The notes below the pieces were generated by a model. That model had not been told where the DNA came from. It was given only the letters and a program-made list of their open reading frames with translations, and did not search any database. The translations under genes were made by a program, and so were the position numbers. From Lytechinus pictus (taxonomy: Eukaryota), in contig NC_087252.1 of assembly GCF_037042905.1 (NCBI RefSeq), forward strand, positions 11,658,001 to 11,718,000: a stretch of DNA of 60,000 bases, given 5' to 3'. Shown in pieces: positions 8,801 to 19,800 of this stretch. The stretch's first letter is position 1. Every line of letters starts with the position of its first letter.

Positions 8801-11103
8801 ACTGAGCATGAGAAACTATCCAACCTTCTCGTCAGATCACCAGTAGTTGATGAAGATTAACCAAGCTAACCTGAATTCACAAAGGTGGTTTCATTTAAAA
8901 CCACGGTTTTAGAAACCATGGTTTTGAAAAAAACCATGGTTTCTAAAACCTGCGTTTCACAAACGATGGTTTCTAAAACCCACGGTTTCTACAGTGGTCT
9001 CGAATGAAACCATGGTTTCAACAGTGGTCTCAAATGAAACCATGGTTTAAACTGGGTTTTACCTGAAAACCAGGGATTTCCCCTCTTTTAACAAGTACTG
9101 AGCATGCTCAGTTCATTGATAACTTATATTCAAAAGCAAGCACTGGCAATATGGGCTGATTCTTCACTTACTATAACTTTTTTCGTTGAAATAAAAAAAA
9201 GTAATTTTATGCGCTTTTCTATCACGCGATTTGGTTTCACTCAGTCATTCAAAGACTCTTTCCACCTGATCTTGAGATATGGTCCAACCTGTAGGTCAGA
9301 GCTGTCATATCACCAGTGGTTGATGAGGACTAACCAAGGCCCAAGCTCTCCTCTTCTTTGTTTCAAACAAGCACTACTACTTTGTTCTTTGTTTCAAACA
9401 AGCACTACTACTTTCACCTCAGCTTGAGACTCTCTTCAGCCTCCAGCTGCTTCTGATTCATCACATCCCTTAGATCTGTCAGATCACCAACAGTTGAAGA
9501 AGACTAACCAAGCTATCTCATTTTGTTCTGTTTCCAAACAGTCACTCAGAGACTACTTCCACCTGAACATGAGAAACTATCCAACCTTCTTCGTCAGATC
9601 ACCAGCTGTACCGTAGCCGTGGTCAATCTAGAGTACGACAATGTGCAGCTCCCTGTGACTGGGTTTGGTTATCTAGTCCCTTCATCCGTGCAGTCCAGAG
9701 TACTTGGTGTGATCTTTGATTCATGTGCTTTTCCTGAGCTAGACAGGAGGAAAGACCCCACAACAAGAATGACTGTAAGTATACCAGGGTCCCGAGCATT
9801 TCATGAAAGAACTTGTTGAAAGTTTAATCCGAAAAGTTCCTTTATATCTGACAGTTACCATAGTAGCAGTGTGTCTTGGCCAATCAAAATCAAGGAAAGA
9901 TGTCAGATCTAACAGCATGTCAGACAGAAATATTGGTGAAACACTCCCCAGGATTGGCTTTCATGAAAGTTGTCAGCACTAAAAATAGGAATTCTCCTAC
10001 AGCTGCCATAGTAACAGTCAGAGGCCAGTGCTTTTGATTAAGATTATATTGTAGCTCTTTAAATTGGTATTGGAATCATATCATATGATTGACAATTTGG
10101 TTTTTCTTTTTTGAATTGATATCTTTTTTTCTTTCTTTCTTTTGACCTGCAGTGCATGATGGGAGGTGCATGGTTCAATGACCTCTTTGGTGACCCCTAC
10201 AATGTTGACCCCAGCGACCTCTTATCAAGTGCCTTGACCACTGTCCATGACCATCTGGGGATCGGTCAGAAGCCGACCTTCTCAAAGGTCAATATCCACC
10301 ATGATTGTATACCACAATACAGACTTGGACACACGCAACTTGTTGGTAGGTTTATTGAATTTCATGAGAAAGGTTCTTGGTAGTATGAATGTAGTACTAT
10401 GGGGCAATTCTACAGAATAATCAATATTTATGTACAGCGTACCCCGTTTTTGCTCCATTCTTATTTAAATTCATGAAGTGCTGAAGTTAAAAGTATTACG
10501 ACTTTTAAAGTATTTTGTATGTTATATACATGTATGTAGCATATTATAAATAAGGTCTTGCTGATACACTTATACTCAGGCGCGGATCCCGAGTCAGAAT
10601 TTTGCAGGGTGCAAATCTTTCCGAACAATTTGACAAACAAAAAAAAGGATCGTTATTCTAAACTGGAGGACTTTTCTTTTCTCGAACACCTTGACAAGCA
10701 AAGCAAAAACTTTTTTTTTTAAATAAGAAAGGGTCATCGTTCACAAATGAACAAATTTTGCGGGATTATCCACAGGGAAAGCATTTTATGGGGTGCACCT
10801 TTATATTTTCACATTTTACGGGGTGTGCCTGAATCCGATGACAAGGGTAATAATAAATCTGTAAGCGCTTAGATACTTGGAATGTCTACTTTAAGCACAT
10901 TATATAAAAGAGATTATTAATCAAGGTGAATTTAGATTGTTTTGTTTTCCTTCATATACTTCTTTCTCCCTGCAGAAGATGCTCTTTCATACATAAAAGA
11001 TCATCATCTTCCACTCAGTATCATTGGATCTTCTTACAAAGGAGTCAGTGTCAATGATTGTATCTTCCAAGCTCGACAAGCAATACATTCACTTCAAAAG
11101 TGA
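5611..11103 (+). CDS. PPOX: Protoporphyrinogen oxidase, 5'-partial; exons 5611-5859, 6517-6664, 7756-7961, 8243-8315, 9542-9774, 10153-10345, 10976-11103
   Basis: Spliced translation matches PPOX motifs: HPATQNRFIY, DETIHDFFSRRLGKEVA, CRGIFAGDSKELSMRACFP, EADHVV, VAVVNLEY, GFGYLVPS, LGVIFDS, MMGGAWF, CIPQYRLGH, GSSYKGVSVNDCI. All junctions are GT-AG and phase-consistent. The N-terminal GxGxxG exon is not in the window. Confidence 0.95.
6126..6318 (+). mobile_element. Penelope-like (pLTR) remnant with a hammerhead-like core between inverted arms
   Basis: ctggagaag-cgtcc-cggatt-ggacg-tgaaac (6190-6220) has the CUGANGA/stem II/GAAA layout with one core mismatch; 6126-6158 is inverted relative to 6249-6285. 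Confidence 0.5.
6517..6664 (+). CDS. PPOX: PPOX exon (VAKYLANPFCRGIFAGD...)
   Basis: tttcag acceptor, g|gtgag donor. Confidence 0.92.
6815..7422 (+). mobile_element. Interspersed repeat with ~160-bp internal tandem units (non-autonomous Helentron/HINE-like)
   Basis: Three units containing catcataacttt...gaaacttggaca...ggtcacatgaccaaggtcaaaggtcattt; GC-rich end gcgagactgccagaggcgttccacttgtt. Family assignment is inference. Confidence 0.5.
7756..7961 (+). CDS. PPOX: PPOX exon (EKFPD...WATWTMTNGLETLP...)
   Basis: tacag acceptor, aag|gtaaaa donor. Confidence 0.88.
8243..8315 (+). CDS. PPOX: PPOX exon (SVRLLTENGDVWEADHVVCATSAQ)
   Basis: ttacag acceptor, g|gtatg donor. Confidence 0.88.
8425..8650 (+). 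mobile_element. Degenerate tRNA-derived SINE
   Basis: A-box-like tgtgcctcagtgg and B-box gggttcaaatccc, followed by a cccaggt..taaat core. Confidence 0.6.
8870..9115. repeat. Array of AAACCATGGTTT palindromes, probable MITE remnant
   Basis: At least 6 aaaccayggttt-like units, then a ctgagcatgctcag palindrome at 9098-9111. Confidence 0.65.
9542..9774 (+). CDS. PPOX: PPOX exon (VTQRLLPPEHEKL...TTRMT)
   Basis: aaacag acceptor, act|gtaagt donor. Confidence 0.92.
10153..10345 (+). CDS. PPOX: PPOX exon (CMMGGAWF...CIPQYRLGHTQLV)
   Basis: ctgcag acceptor, g|gtagg donor. Confidence 0.92.
10976..11103 (+). CDS. PPOX: PPOX last coding exon (...GSSYKGVSVNDCIFQARQAIHSLQK*)
   Basis: ctgcag acceptor; TGA at 11101-11103. 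Confidence 0.92.
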
Positions 11104-11121
11104 TAAAGTATAAAATACTAT

Positions 11122-11433
11122 GGCCCGTATTCTGAAGTCAGGTTTAATAGGCCATGGTCTTACTCTGTGCCAAAATTATGGGGAGCCAACATTTCAAAAA
11201 TTCTGTTTATATTGTATATTTCTTATGTTTACTATTTTGTTTCCTTTTGCTTTCATAATGAATGAAAATACTTCAGTTATCATTTCCAGACAATTATGAA
11301 CAATTTGAGTGCCAAATGAGTTAATAAATTGTTGGATATGTACTGTTATGATTTGTGGCCCAATTGGCTCTCCATAGTTAAACCACAACTTTAAACAAGG
11401 TCTTAATTTGAACCTGAGTTCAGAAAATGGGCC
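11122..11433. mobile_element. MITE, PIF/Harbinger-like
   Basis: TIRs ggcccgtattctgaagtcaggtttaa / ttgaacctgagttcagaaaatgggcc; 3-bp TAT on both flanks (11119-11121, 11434-11436). Confidence 0.75.
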
Positions 11434-12283
11434 TATCTGTTTGTACTGTCATAGAATCTTCCTCTGTAACAGTGAAAATATATTAGAGTAGGCTGAGATT
11501 ATATTGTACCTAAAAAAATCATCAAGTTACCTTTACTGCTGTGCCAAATATTGGGTCTTTTTCATTTCATTTTATATCATATCCATATCCAACAAAGAAA
11601 CATGATTCAAATGACATAGTACGCATTGTAAAACAATGTGAAACATTAAGATCCATTCATTTGATTGAAAACATTTTGTGTAAACCCAAATAGGTTTTAT
11701 ATTTCAACACCGTGATTTAGTAAGCACACATTGATATTATTGACGAAAATTTCCAAGATTATGTTTATTATTATTATTCATTATTATTATTTATTCGGCA
11801 TAATCAAATACATAAACAACATATACAAACAATAGGAATAGGAGAGTCACATGGATGCCGGGAAAGGAAAAAGATTAACCAAATAACTATAACCTGGTTG
11901 ACTTAATGGACAAATTTAATTGTTACACAGAAGTTGGTTAATAATTGTGGAAACATACTAAGTTACTCTCCTCACAACATTTTCCTGAAAAAAGTTTTGG
12001 CAGTTTGATTTAGGGGGATCTGTGTGCATGTATGGAAATAACCAATGTTGAGGGAACTGTTATTTGCCTTTTTTTTCCAAAGTTTCTTGATTTTTCATGT
12101 GTGAGAAGAAATGATCACTGAGATGAAAATCTTTATATTTTTGTTGGATTTCCTGGATTATATCACTTCAACTCTATTAGCTAAAATTGGACATTCAGTG
12201 AATTCTGTCTCTTTACCCCCCCCCCCCCCCCCTCCTAGCTCATCTTATTTCACCTAGAAGTGTTTTTTTTTTCAAAGATTTAA

Positions 12284-12666
12284 CAGGGTTCCCAGCCCAT
12301 GAGGGAAAATTTTACTTTTTTCCAGTCAGGGAAAAATCAGGGAATTTGATTAAAAAATACCTAAAATCAGGGAAAAATGCCTCAAATTAGGGAAAATTAA
12401 GGGAATTTTGATCACCCAAAAAATTGAAAGCATGGTAGTCAGTCAGACTGTTATATTTTGTTGCATATCAAAACAACATCCATTGAATGACTGGTTATGG
12501 TGGCAGTAATTAGTTTCACTTGTTTTTATACTGAAAATCCATGTAATTTACTGCAACAACTTAGAAACATGCAAAACTAGGAATGGGTTTAAATAATTAT
12601 CGGAATTTTTAAACTTCATCAGGGAAAAATCAGGGAATTTGTTTTCTTGAAATGCTGGGAACCCTG
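12284..12666. mobile_element. MITE with 13-bp TIR CAGGGTTCCCAGC
   Basis: cagggttcccagc ... gctgggaaccctg; subterminal tcagggaa repeats; TTTAA on both flanks. Confidence 0.75.
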
Positions 12667-13959
12667 TTTAAGTGTGACTAAAAGTGCACTAAAGTTCCCA
12701 GTTCATGTGATGCTCAAGGGACATGCTCTACAATGTGTATTAGATACCATGTGCACATTTTTGTCATCCAAACTATTTATGAAAATCTCCTTCCTGGCAG
12801 AATTCGATAGAGATAATAAGTGTGTTTAGGGGTAACAGACAGGCAATGATTTCAAATATATCTTTCTAAGTACAGTTTAGAATACTTTAGAAAAGTTTTG
12901 TAATCTGGGTTGTGTCTATACATAGACAGACTTCACATTCACAATTACCTAATAGAAACCGATTCTATCACCACTCACTAAATATTTGTTTTAATTTCCT
13001 TTTCTTAATTCTTAAGTAAATACATATATGCTGCATTATTGTAGAAACTGTTAACTGTTAAAAACTGTTAGGCAAAATTAAGCAATTATACTTTTTCCTG
13101 TTATATTAAAAAGTTAAACTTGAGGATAAAATGATTGTTGTAATACCCCTTTATGCCTCTGTGTTTGAAGGTCTATGTCAGAGATGTTATGAATGTGTTT
13201 ACATAATATAAATAATCAATAATGTAAACAATGTAAACAACATAATGATAATTTCTTTTAAAAAATGTAATCAATAAACACAGGAGACGGTCGTCTTGAG
13301 TGTTTGAGCTTCTAATTGATATATGTATACAACTATTGAAATTCATTGTTCTCCCAATAACTCGAGGGTTTTTTAGGGATCAGCTTAAAGATGGGCTCAT
13401 GTAGTGATAATGCATGCAGAGAATCCATCTTTTTCTTTCTTTTTTTTTACTCACAGGCTTGTAGACTTTGTAGGCAGATATATATGTGAAGCCAGTATTT
13501 TTACATTATCAAAGTTTAATTATTTTAATGCTTTTCTTTATTTTTTTTATATTCTAGGATTATTATGAATATATACTGCCAGGTATAGTACTAAAATACC
13601 AGTCCTTACTCCTTGAGAGTATTGCAGTAGATAATTGATTATTGGAAATTGAAGCATATGTGTTTGATCATGTTGGTATGTAAATGTGAATTTAATTTAT
13701 TAAGGAGATACTGCAAAGAGACATATATGAGAAACAGTATGTTTTATCAGTTAGCTATAAGCAATAGTGTTTTCATGTTCTTTTGCAATAAATTGTTTGT
13801 GCATCTTATTCAGGAATAAAATAGATTAAAATGTAATTATTGTATTACTATTTCATTCATTATGACTGATAGCATTATGACATCACATGCCAATTAATAT
13901 TTTATCAGATGTATAACTGATCTCATCTGGGTATTTTAGATACATGTAACATCCAACAA

Positions 13960-14337
13960 AGTGGCGGATCCAGTAGTATATGATTATATGAAATTTCAAG
14001 AGCCTTTGAACTGCATGTTAAGAGGATTTTAACAAAATTGCAACCTCATTTAATGAAGTTGAAATTTTCCTCCTTGAAAATCTGATATGCAAAAACAGTG
14101 TCAAGTGTAAAATAAGCCTACATTTTCCCTCCCGAAAATCTGATTAGCAAAAGAGTAGGGTTATGGATTCCAAAATCGGTCAAAGTTTTCCTCCCTTAAA
14201 AGCAAAGATTGTCAAGCACTGGAAAAAGGTTAAGGTTCCAGGGGTGGGGCTGTGCAGCCACTTGGTCCCTTCTCTTGTATGTGTGGGTCCCTCATGGGCA
14301 GGGTCCCAGACTGCCTCCATCCTCAATCCACCACTGA
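13960..14337. mobile_element. Degenerate MITE (agtggcggatccag ... caatccaccactg)
   Basis: Imperfect TIRs; related gcggatcc ends also at ~10578 and ~55385. Confidence 0.45.
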
Positions 14338-14397
14338 TTCAACTAGCCATTGATTCCACGAGCCAAATGTTCAAGAATGAGAGGAGGAGATTGATGC

Positions 14398-14700
14398 TGG
14401 GGGGGGGGGGGGGGGGGGGGGTTGGCACTTAGATTTGATTTGGACGGGGGTGTGTAGCTGAAGGTTCAAAACCCATACCCATATTTACAGGTCATTATGG
14501 CTAAAAAGGTACCTATTATCACCCAAAATTGGAGGAGAATATGGACCCATGTTTAAGGCCAGGATCTAACAATCAGGGCCGTGTTTCAGGATTTTCCAGC
14601 ATAAAACAATACCACATGTTAGGGATTTCTTAAAAAAAAGCGACCCATTCCAGCGGCACATCCCCGTATGCCTTATTTCGTGAGTACCCCCCCCCCCGGG
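14398..14700. mobile_element. Short non-autonomous DNA element with poly-G / poly-C termini
   Basis: Poly-G run 14399-14421 followed by ttggcactt; ends gagtacccccccccccggg. Confidence 0.5.
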
Positions 14701-15412
14701 ATTGATGATGGAAAAGAAACTGAATGTAAGAGATGATGAGAGGATAGAGTAAGATAAGAATGAGATGGAAAGACATGCAGGGAACATGAGGCATAGAATT
14801 AGAATAATATTACATTGTTTTTTTTAATTTCCACTTTGATGAAATGATATAAATGTATTGATTGGTACTGTATAATTGGAAAGTAAAACAAAGAGTCGAC
14901 ATACCGAAGCTTTTCAAGATGCACTCTATGTTCGTCGTCATTGTTATTTCCTAATAGATATGTGAGAGAAACTGTGAGTGAGAGTGAAAATAAAATGGTG
15001 GAGAGAAAGAAAGAGAGAGGGGGGGGGGGTGGAAAGAGGGTTTTGGGAGTGAGACAGGATGGGAGGGGGTTTAACAGTGCTAACAAAGAGGAAGATAGAG
15101 AGAGGGTAGTCTGCGGGCCGGCACAAGACCCTGATTGATATACTTTGATCATTAGCAAAGACTAGCACATACAAAACTTGAATTCGGGCCTTCAGTACCA
15201 CAATGCATTATAGGCTGCGCATTCAGACCCTTATCTCGACTGAAGGGTTTGCACAGCAAGTGTGAAGAGAATGATGAGTGTATTCAGTCAATTTATGTGG
15301 GCATTGTACCAATTTAACATTGAGAACGTTTTAGTAAAATTCTGAAACGAGAGCGTTAACTAGATTTGACATGCACAAAGTGAATTCTGTGCACATCGTG
15401 TGTAGCAATTAA

Positions 15413-16348
15413 GGACGTTCCACAGTTATGTTTGTGCGCATTATGATCTGCGCATAGTTTACACTCTGCGCGCTGACGTCACAATGGATGAACAGGTGAT
15501 TAATTACCTGCGGGTATTAGCTGATTTTTCTCATCTTCTGCACTTTAACTGCAGATCCGATGCGTTATTTCATGAAGCTAAAAAATTAAATTATTCCATG
15601 GACCATTCAAAAAAATATTCTCTACAATTTCAAAATACTTCACTCTGCAGTACTGCCAAGCATCACGAATATTACCCCGAGTTTGAATAAATGGTAGAGT
15701 GGTTTTTATTTTTTCTTCACATAGATACTAAGCATTCGGCGCATTTTTGGTGTTTTAAAAAGCACATTTGCTCTAATGAAAATGCTGATAGTTTAAAAAC
15801 AAGCACATGAACCCCTATTTTTTTATGTCTGTACCTCTTAGGCATACCTTCCTCTACAACTCTGCAAATTTTGGTGAAAATGACATGGATTTTGAATAAA
15901 GTGCAGCATTTATTGTACGTTTGTAGTTTGTTACTGAAATTTTACATTTTTTAGATTGGGATTTTGCTATATTTTACGCCATTTTTAAGAACTGACACTG
16001 CTGTTAAACTTAAAATTGCAAACAAATAGCACTATAAATAGATTCTCCATTCTAACGATAAAATTATCAACTTTCTTGCGAAATTTGATGACTTTTTCAT
16101 GTATTTTGACTGAGTAATAGAGGTTTAAACTCATTGTAGTAATCTTGGGCGGTCTAAAAATGCCAAATTCTTTTGAATGCGCAATTCTTAAGAACATCAA
16201 TTTGGGTGAACTTTGAAGCTCTATAGCAAAAAATCAAGCACATGGACCTATGTTAATTTTTGCAAATTTCGAATATTAAGGTTCTAAAGTATCTATGTGC
16301 AAAGTTTGGTGAAAATGACATGGATTTCACTTTAACTGTGGAACGTCC
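15413..16348. mobile_element. Non-autonomous DNA transposon with TTAA TSD (Kolobok-like)
   Basis: Perfect 16-bp TIR GGACGTTCCACAGTTA / TAACTGTGGAACGTCC; TTAA at 15409-15412 and 16349-16352; GG...CC termini. Confidence 0.85.
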
Positions 16349-16867
16349 TTAAATGTTGATGGTGAACGAATTGGCTTGACACAACTTGAGTAACAAAAAT
16401 TTTGTTGTCCGTGAATTAGTTAAGTGCTGTTAAGATTCATCTTTCAGTTTTATTTAGCAAAATTTTCATGGAATATAATTATGAAGCAAACAATTTAAAA
16501 ACTCAATATCTTGTCCCGATTTCATCCAACTCTCACCTATCCATTAACACTGATGTAACACTGAGGTGGCAGTGAATATTTCGTTCATCATTTTTTCTTC
16601 TACAGATAACTTTCAAAGTGGTTTTCACCAATTTTCCAAAGATATAATAATACTTGTTTTTTCATAGACTAGTTTTTTTTTTCACACTCCAAGTCTACCA
16701 CAGCCGTATCGTAGAGGGCGTACCATACGACTGTAAAAAAAAAATCGATTCCCAGGACCCAGCGGTAAATACGAACGAAACGGAGCTCAGTTGTTAAGAA
16801 ATGTATGATTTTCAATCATTGAATAAGCAAGGACCCATTGGTTCGAAATTCTCCAACAAGACACAAA

Positions 16868-16899
16868 ATGTCTGCGTTATTCAACAATGAAATTAACAA
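16868..16899 (+). CDS. PROSER3: PROSER3 first coding exon (MSALFNNEINK)
   Basis: caaaATG context; aa|gtgagt donor, phase 2 matching the next exon. Confidence 0.65.
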
Positions 16900-19800
16900 G
16901 TGAGTAAGCCGATGCGGTAAATAATAATAATAATATTTTTTTGTGTGTGCCCCATGTATTTAAAATGATGTCATGTTTAAATTGCAATGTTATTTTTTTC
17001 ATACGGAAACGTTAATTTTCCGTAATTACAGTTACAGGGCTGCCAGCATTGGATAAAAAGTTAGTTGAGAGTGGGATTCCTGTACTATATGCCAATGATA
17101 TATTATTTAGGAATCAAAATGAGTGAATGAGATCAATAGAAGGAAAGTCATGGCATGCAAATGCCAAAGCCAAGGAAATGTCAAAATCAAATCATAAAGA
17201 CATAATTATTATATATTAAAGAAACTAAATTTTAGACTGACGAGTAATGTTGCTGTAAGACTTAGACCAGTCACATGTATTGCGAGGTAAGTATGCTATA
17301 CTATCCTCGCATTACGAACATGTTTACGCTACGAATTTTAGAGTTGTCGTTTAACATCGCTTCATAACACGAATGTTAGCCGAAACTCATTCCGCTACTC
17401 ACCAGGGCTTTTTCCAGTGAAAAGCGTTCCATTTTAAATTTTAGTTTTTACAAATATTTTTTAGGTAAAAAGCAAATAAAAAAAAGCAAAATCGCTTACC
17501 TCGGCCTGGAAAGTTGCTTCGCATGTCTCTTCGACGTAAAGACGTAAATAAAAGGAAGGTCGTTGGTGGCGCTAATACAATTCACAACCTTAATTCAGCT
17601 TGTCGGTATTTTAAAACTAGATTCTTGATTCATTGTATGCGCAATTCCAATGATTGTTTGACAAAATAGAGACACCAATAATGCAATAACTTAAAAAACG
17701 TACTTTTTATATATATTTTGTTGATGATAATACTTTTTGGAAAATATTCAAAGCGATGACAAATTAAACAAAAATATAGAAAATTCAACGAAGCCCCGCA
17801 AGTGCTACCGCTCGTTTGTCAATTAACGTTCCACCAAAGTCTTTACAATAAAAAGATTGGACACTTTGCCGACTTCGCGTAACGCTTTCCATCGATTTAC
17901 GTGTAAAATAGTTTTTGTGCCTAGTTTTTCCCTTGTAGTGTCTTTGATATGAAGAAAAATCGCACACCCTCTTTAGCTCATTAGACGAAAAATTTGGGAA
18001 ATCGCAAGCTCGCTCCGCATTTTGTCAACGAGAAGAAAAATCAATGCTTAAATGACGCTATTTGAGGGATATCATATTAGGGGGAATAGACTTCACATCG
18101 TTCAGTAAGTTTCGTAGGAGGACTTGATTCTGTAAATCCTCTTATGAAATTTGCGGGAGTTAGTTTGTTGCGATTTTGCATGCGCCGTGCCTTCAATTTT
18201 CCTGTACACGGCGGCAGTAATGCACGAGTAGTCAAACAATGCCAAGCCCAAAGCCTTTGCTATAAAAAATTCAATTCCATTCAAAGTCTTCTTTATTCGC
18301 ATAAGAAATGCACATAGACTCTACAAAGATTATTTAAAAAAACACAATATTTTCCAGTTTACAAAACAAACATAAAATATGAAAAAAGCAACAGCATATT
18401 CAATATATAACAAAGACACTTCAAAACATTACAAATTAATTAAATGAGAGCGAAACCCGATAAACAAGCTATGCAGCTGACCCTACAATAATACTAAAAA
18501 CAAAACAAAACATCGGCTACGCAACCAAGACACGCGATGCCACACATGTATGCACAGCCTGCCCGGGCACAGCGGCGAGCTGTACACGTGGGACACCACA
18601 GATCCCATCCGCACTGCTAAAGGAAGGACCCCACAGCAACAGTGCCCCTGGCATAACCCCCTCCGTTATCCTACCCATGCCCATATCCCCGCCGATCGCA
18701 TACCTCTATTCCTCTTATCCATACACAAGCCAACCCGTTCACAGGCTCTGCTCTCTTAAAAAAAAAAAGGAATTGACAACAAAAGCAACCCCGGGGTGGG
18801 ACCAGGAATTAATCTACATACAGTCCGACCTCTCTTATCCGGCCTCCCCTTATCCGGATCTCTCTATTATCCGGACGCACATTTGCCGAGATTTTTTTTT
18901 TTTCAATTCAATCTAGTATGTGAGGAAATGAGATTTCAATCTAAACTCAATCCTATGCGCAAACTCACTTTGATTTATACATATATTAATTATTTTCCAA
19001 TATAGTCTACCTACAACATTATTTTTCATGAAAATCACTGAAAGAATTTAGGCAGGATAATTTTCCAGTAAATCAGGGCGCAGCGCAAACATTTCATCAC
19101 GTTCTCTTTTCGTTTCCCGGGAAAAACAATGCGTGTCTCGCTAGCTAACGCTAGGCTTCAATACGGACAGCGCCATCTATCATGTTTGAGCCTACAGTCA
19201 GTATAACAATGGCTGACATTGGGAAGCTGCGATACCAACCGCGATGATCGAATTGTAAAACTTTCATTCTCTTTCGAGGTATGCTCAATCATGTTAGCAG
19301 GTAAACTATCCAACAGTTTTGGCCATCGATCGATTTCATTTCTGTAAAAATACCGCCTATAATTTGCACTGATACAGCAGTGAATACTGTCTGTACGCCC
19401 ACTACAATAAATAACGTGTAGCTACCGCCGTTAATGTTGGGCAGGCAGCAGCTGCGTGTATTTAATATTGGGTCTCCCAGATCCGGATAAATCCCTTATC
19501 CGGATTGGTGCTGGTCCCAACGTGTCCGGATAAGAGAGGTCGGACTGTAGTACATAATGTAGGCACAGGAAGCCAATCGATTTCTTCGATTCACTTTTAG
19601 TTAAACAAGATACATCCTTTTCATCCCTCATTGAAATGAGTTCCCTAATTTGCTTGACCTTGCGATCCACATTAGCTAAGTTGCATTTAATCTTATTCCA
19701 CTTCCTATTTATCAGTCTAGGGTCCATCATATATTTACTATTCAAGTATCTGATATTCCATCCAAGCACAGAGAATGAACCAAACTGACCCATTGTTGTT

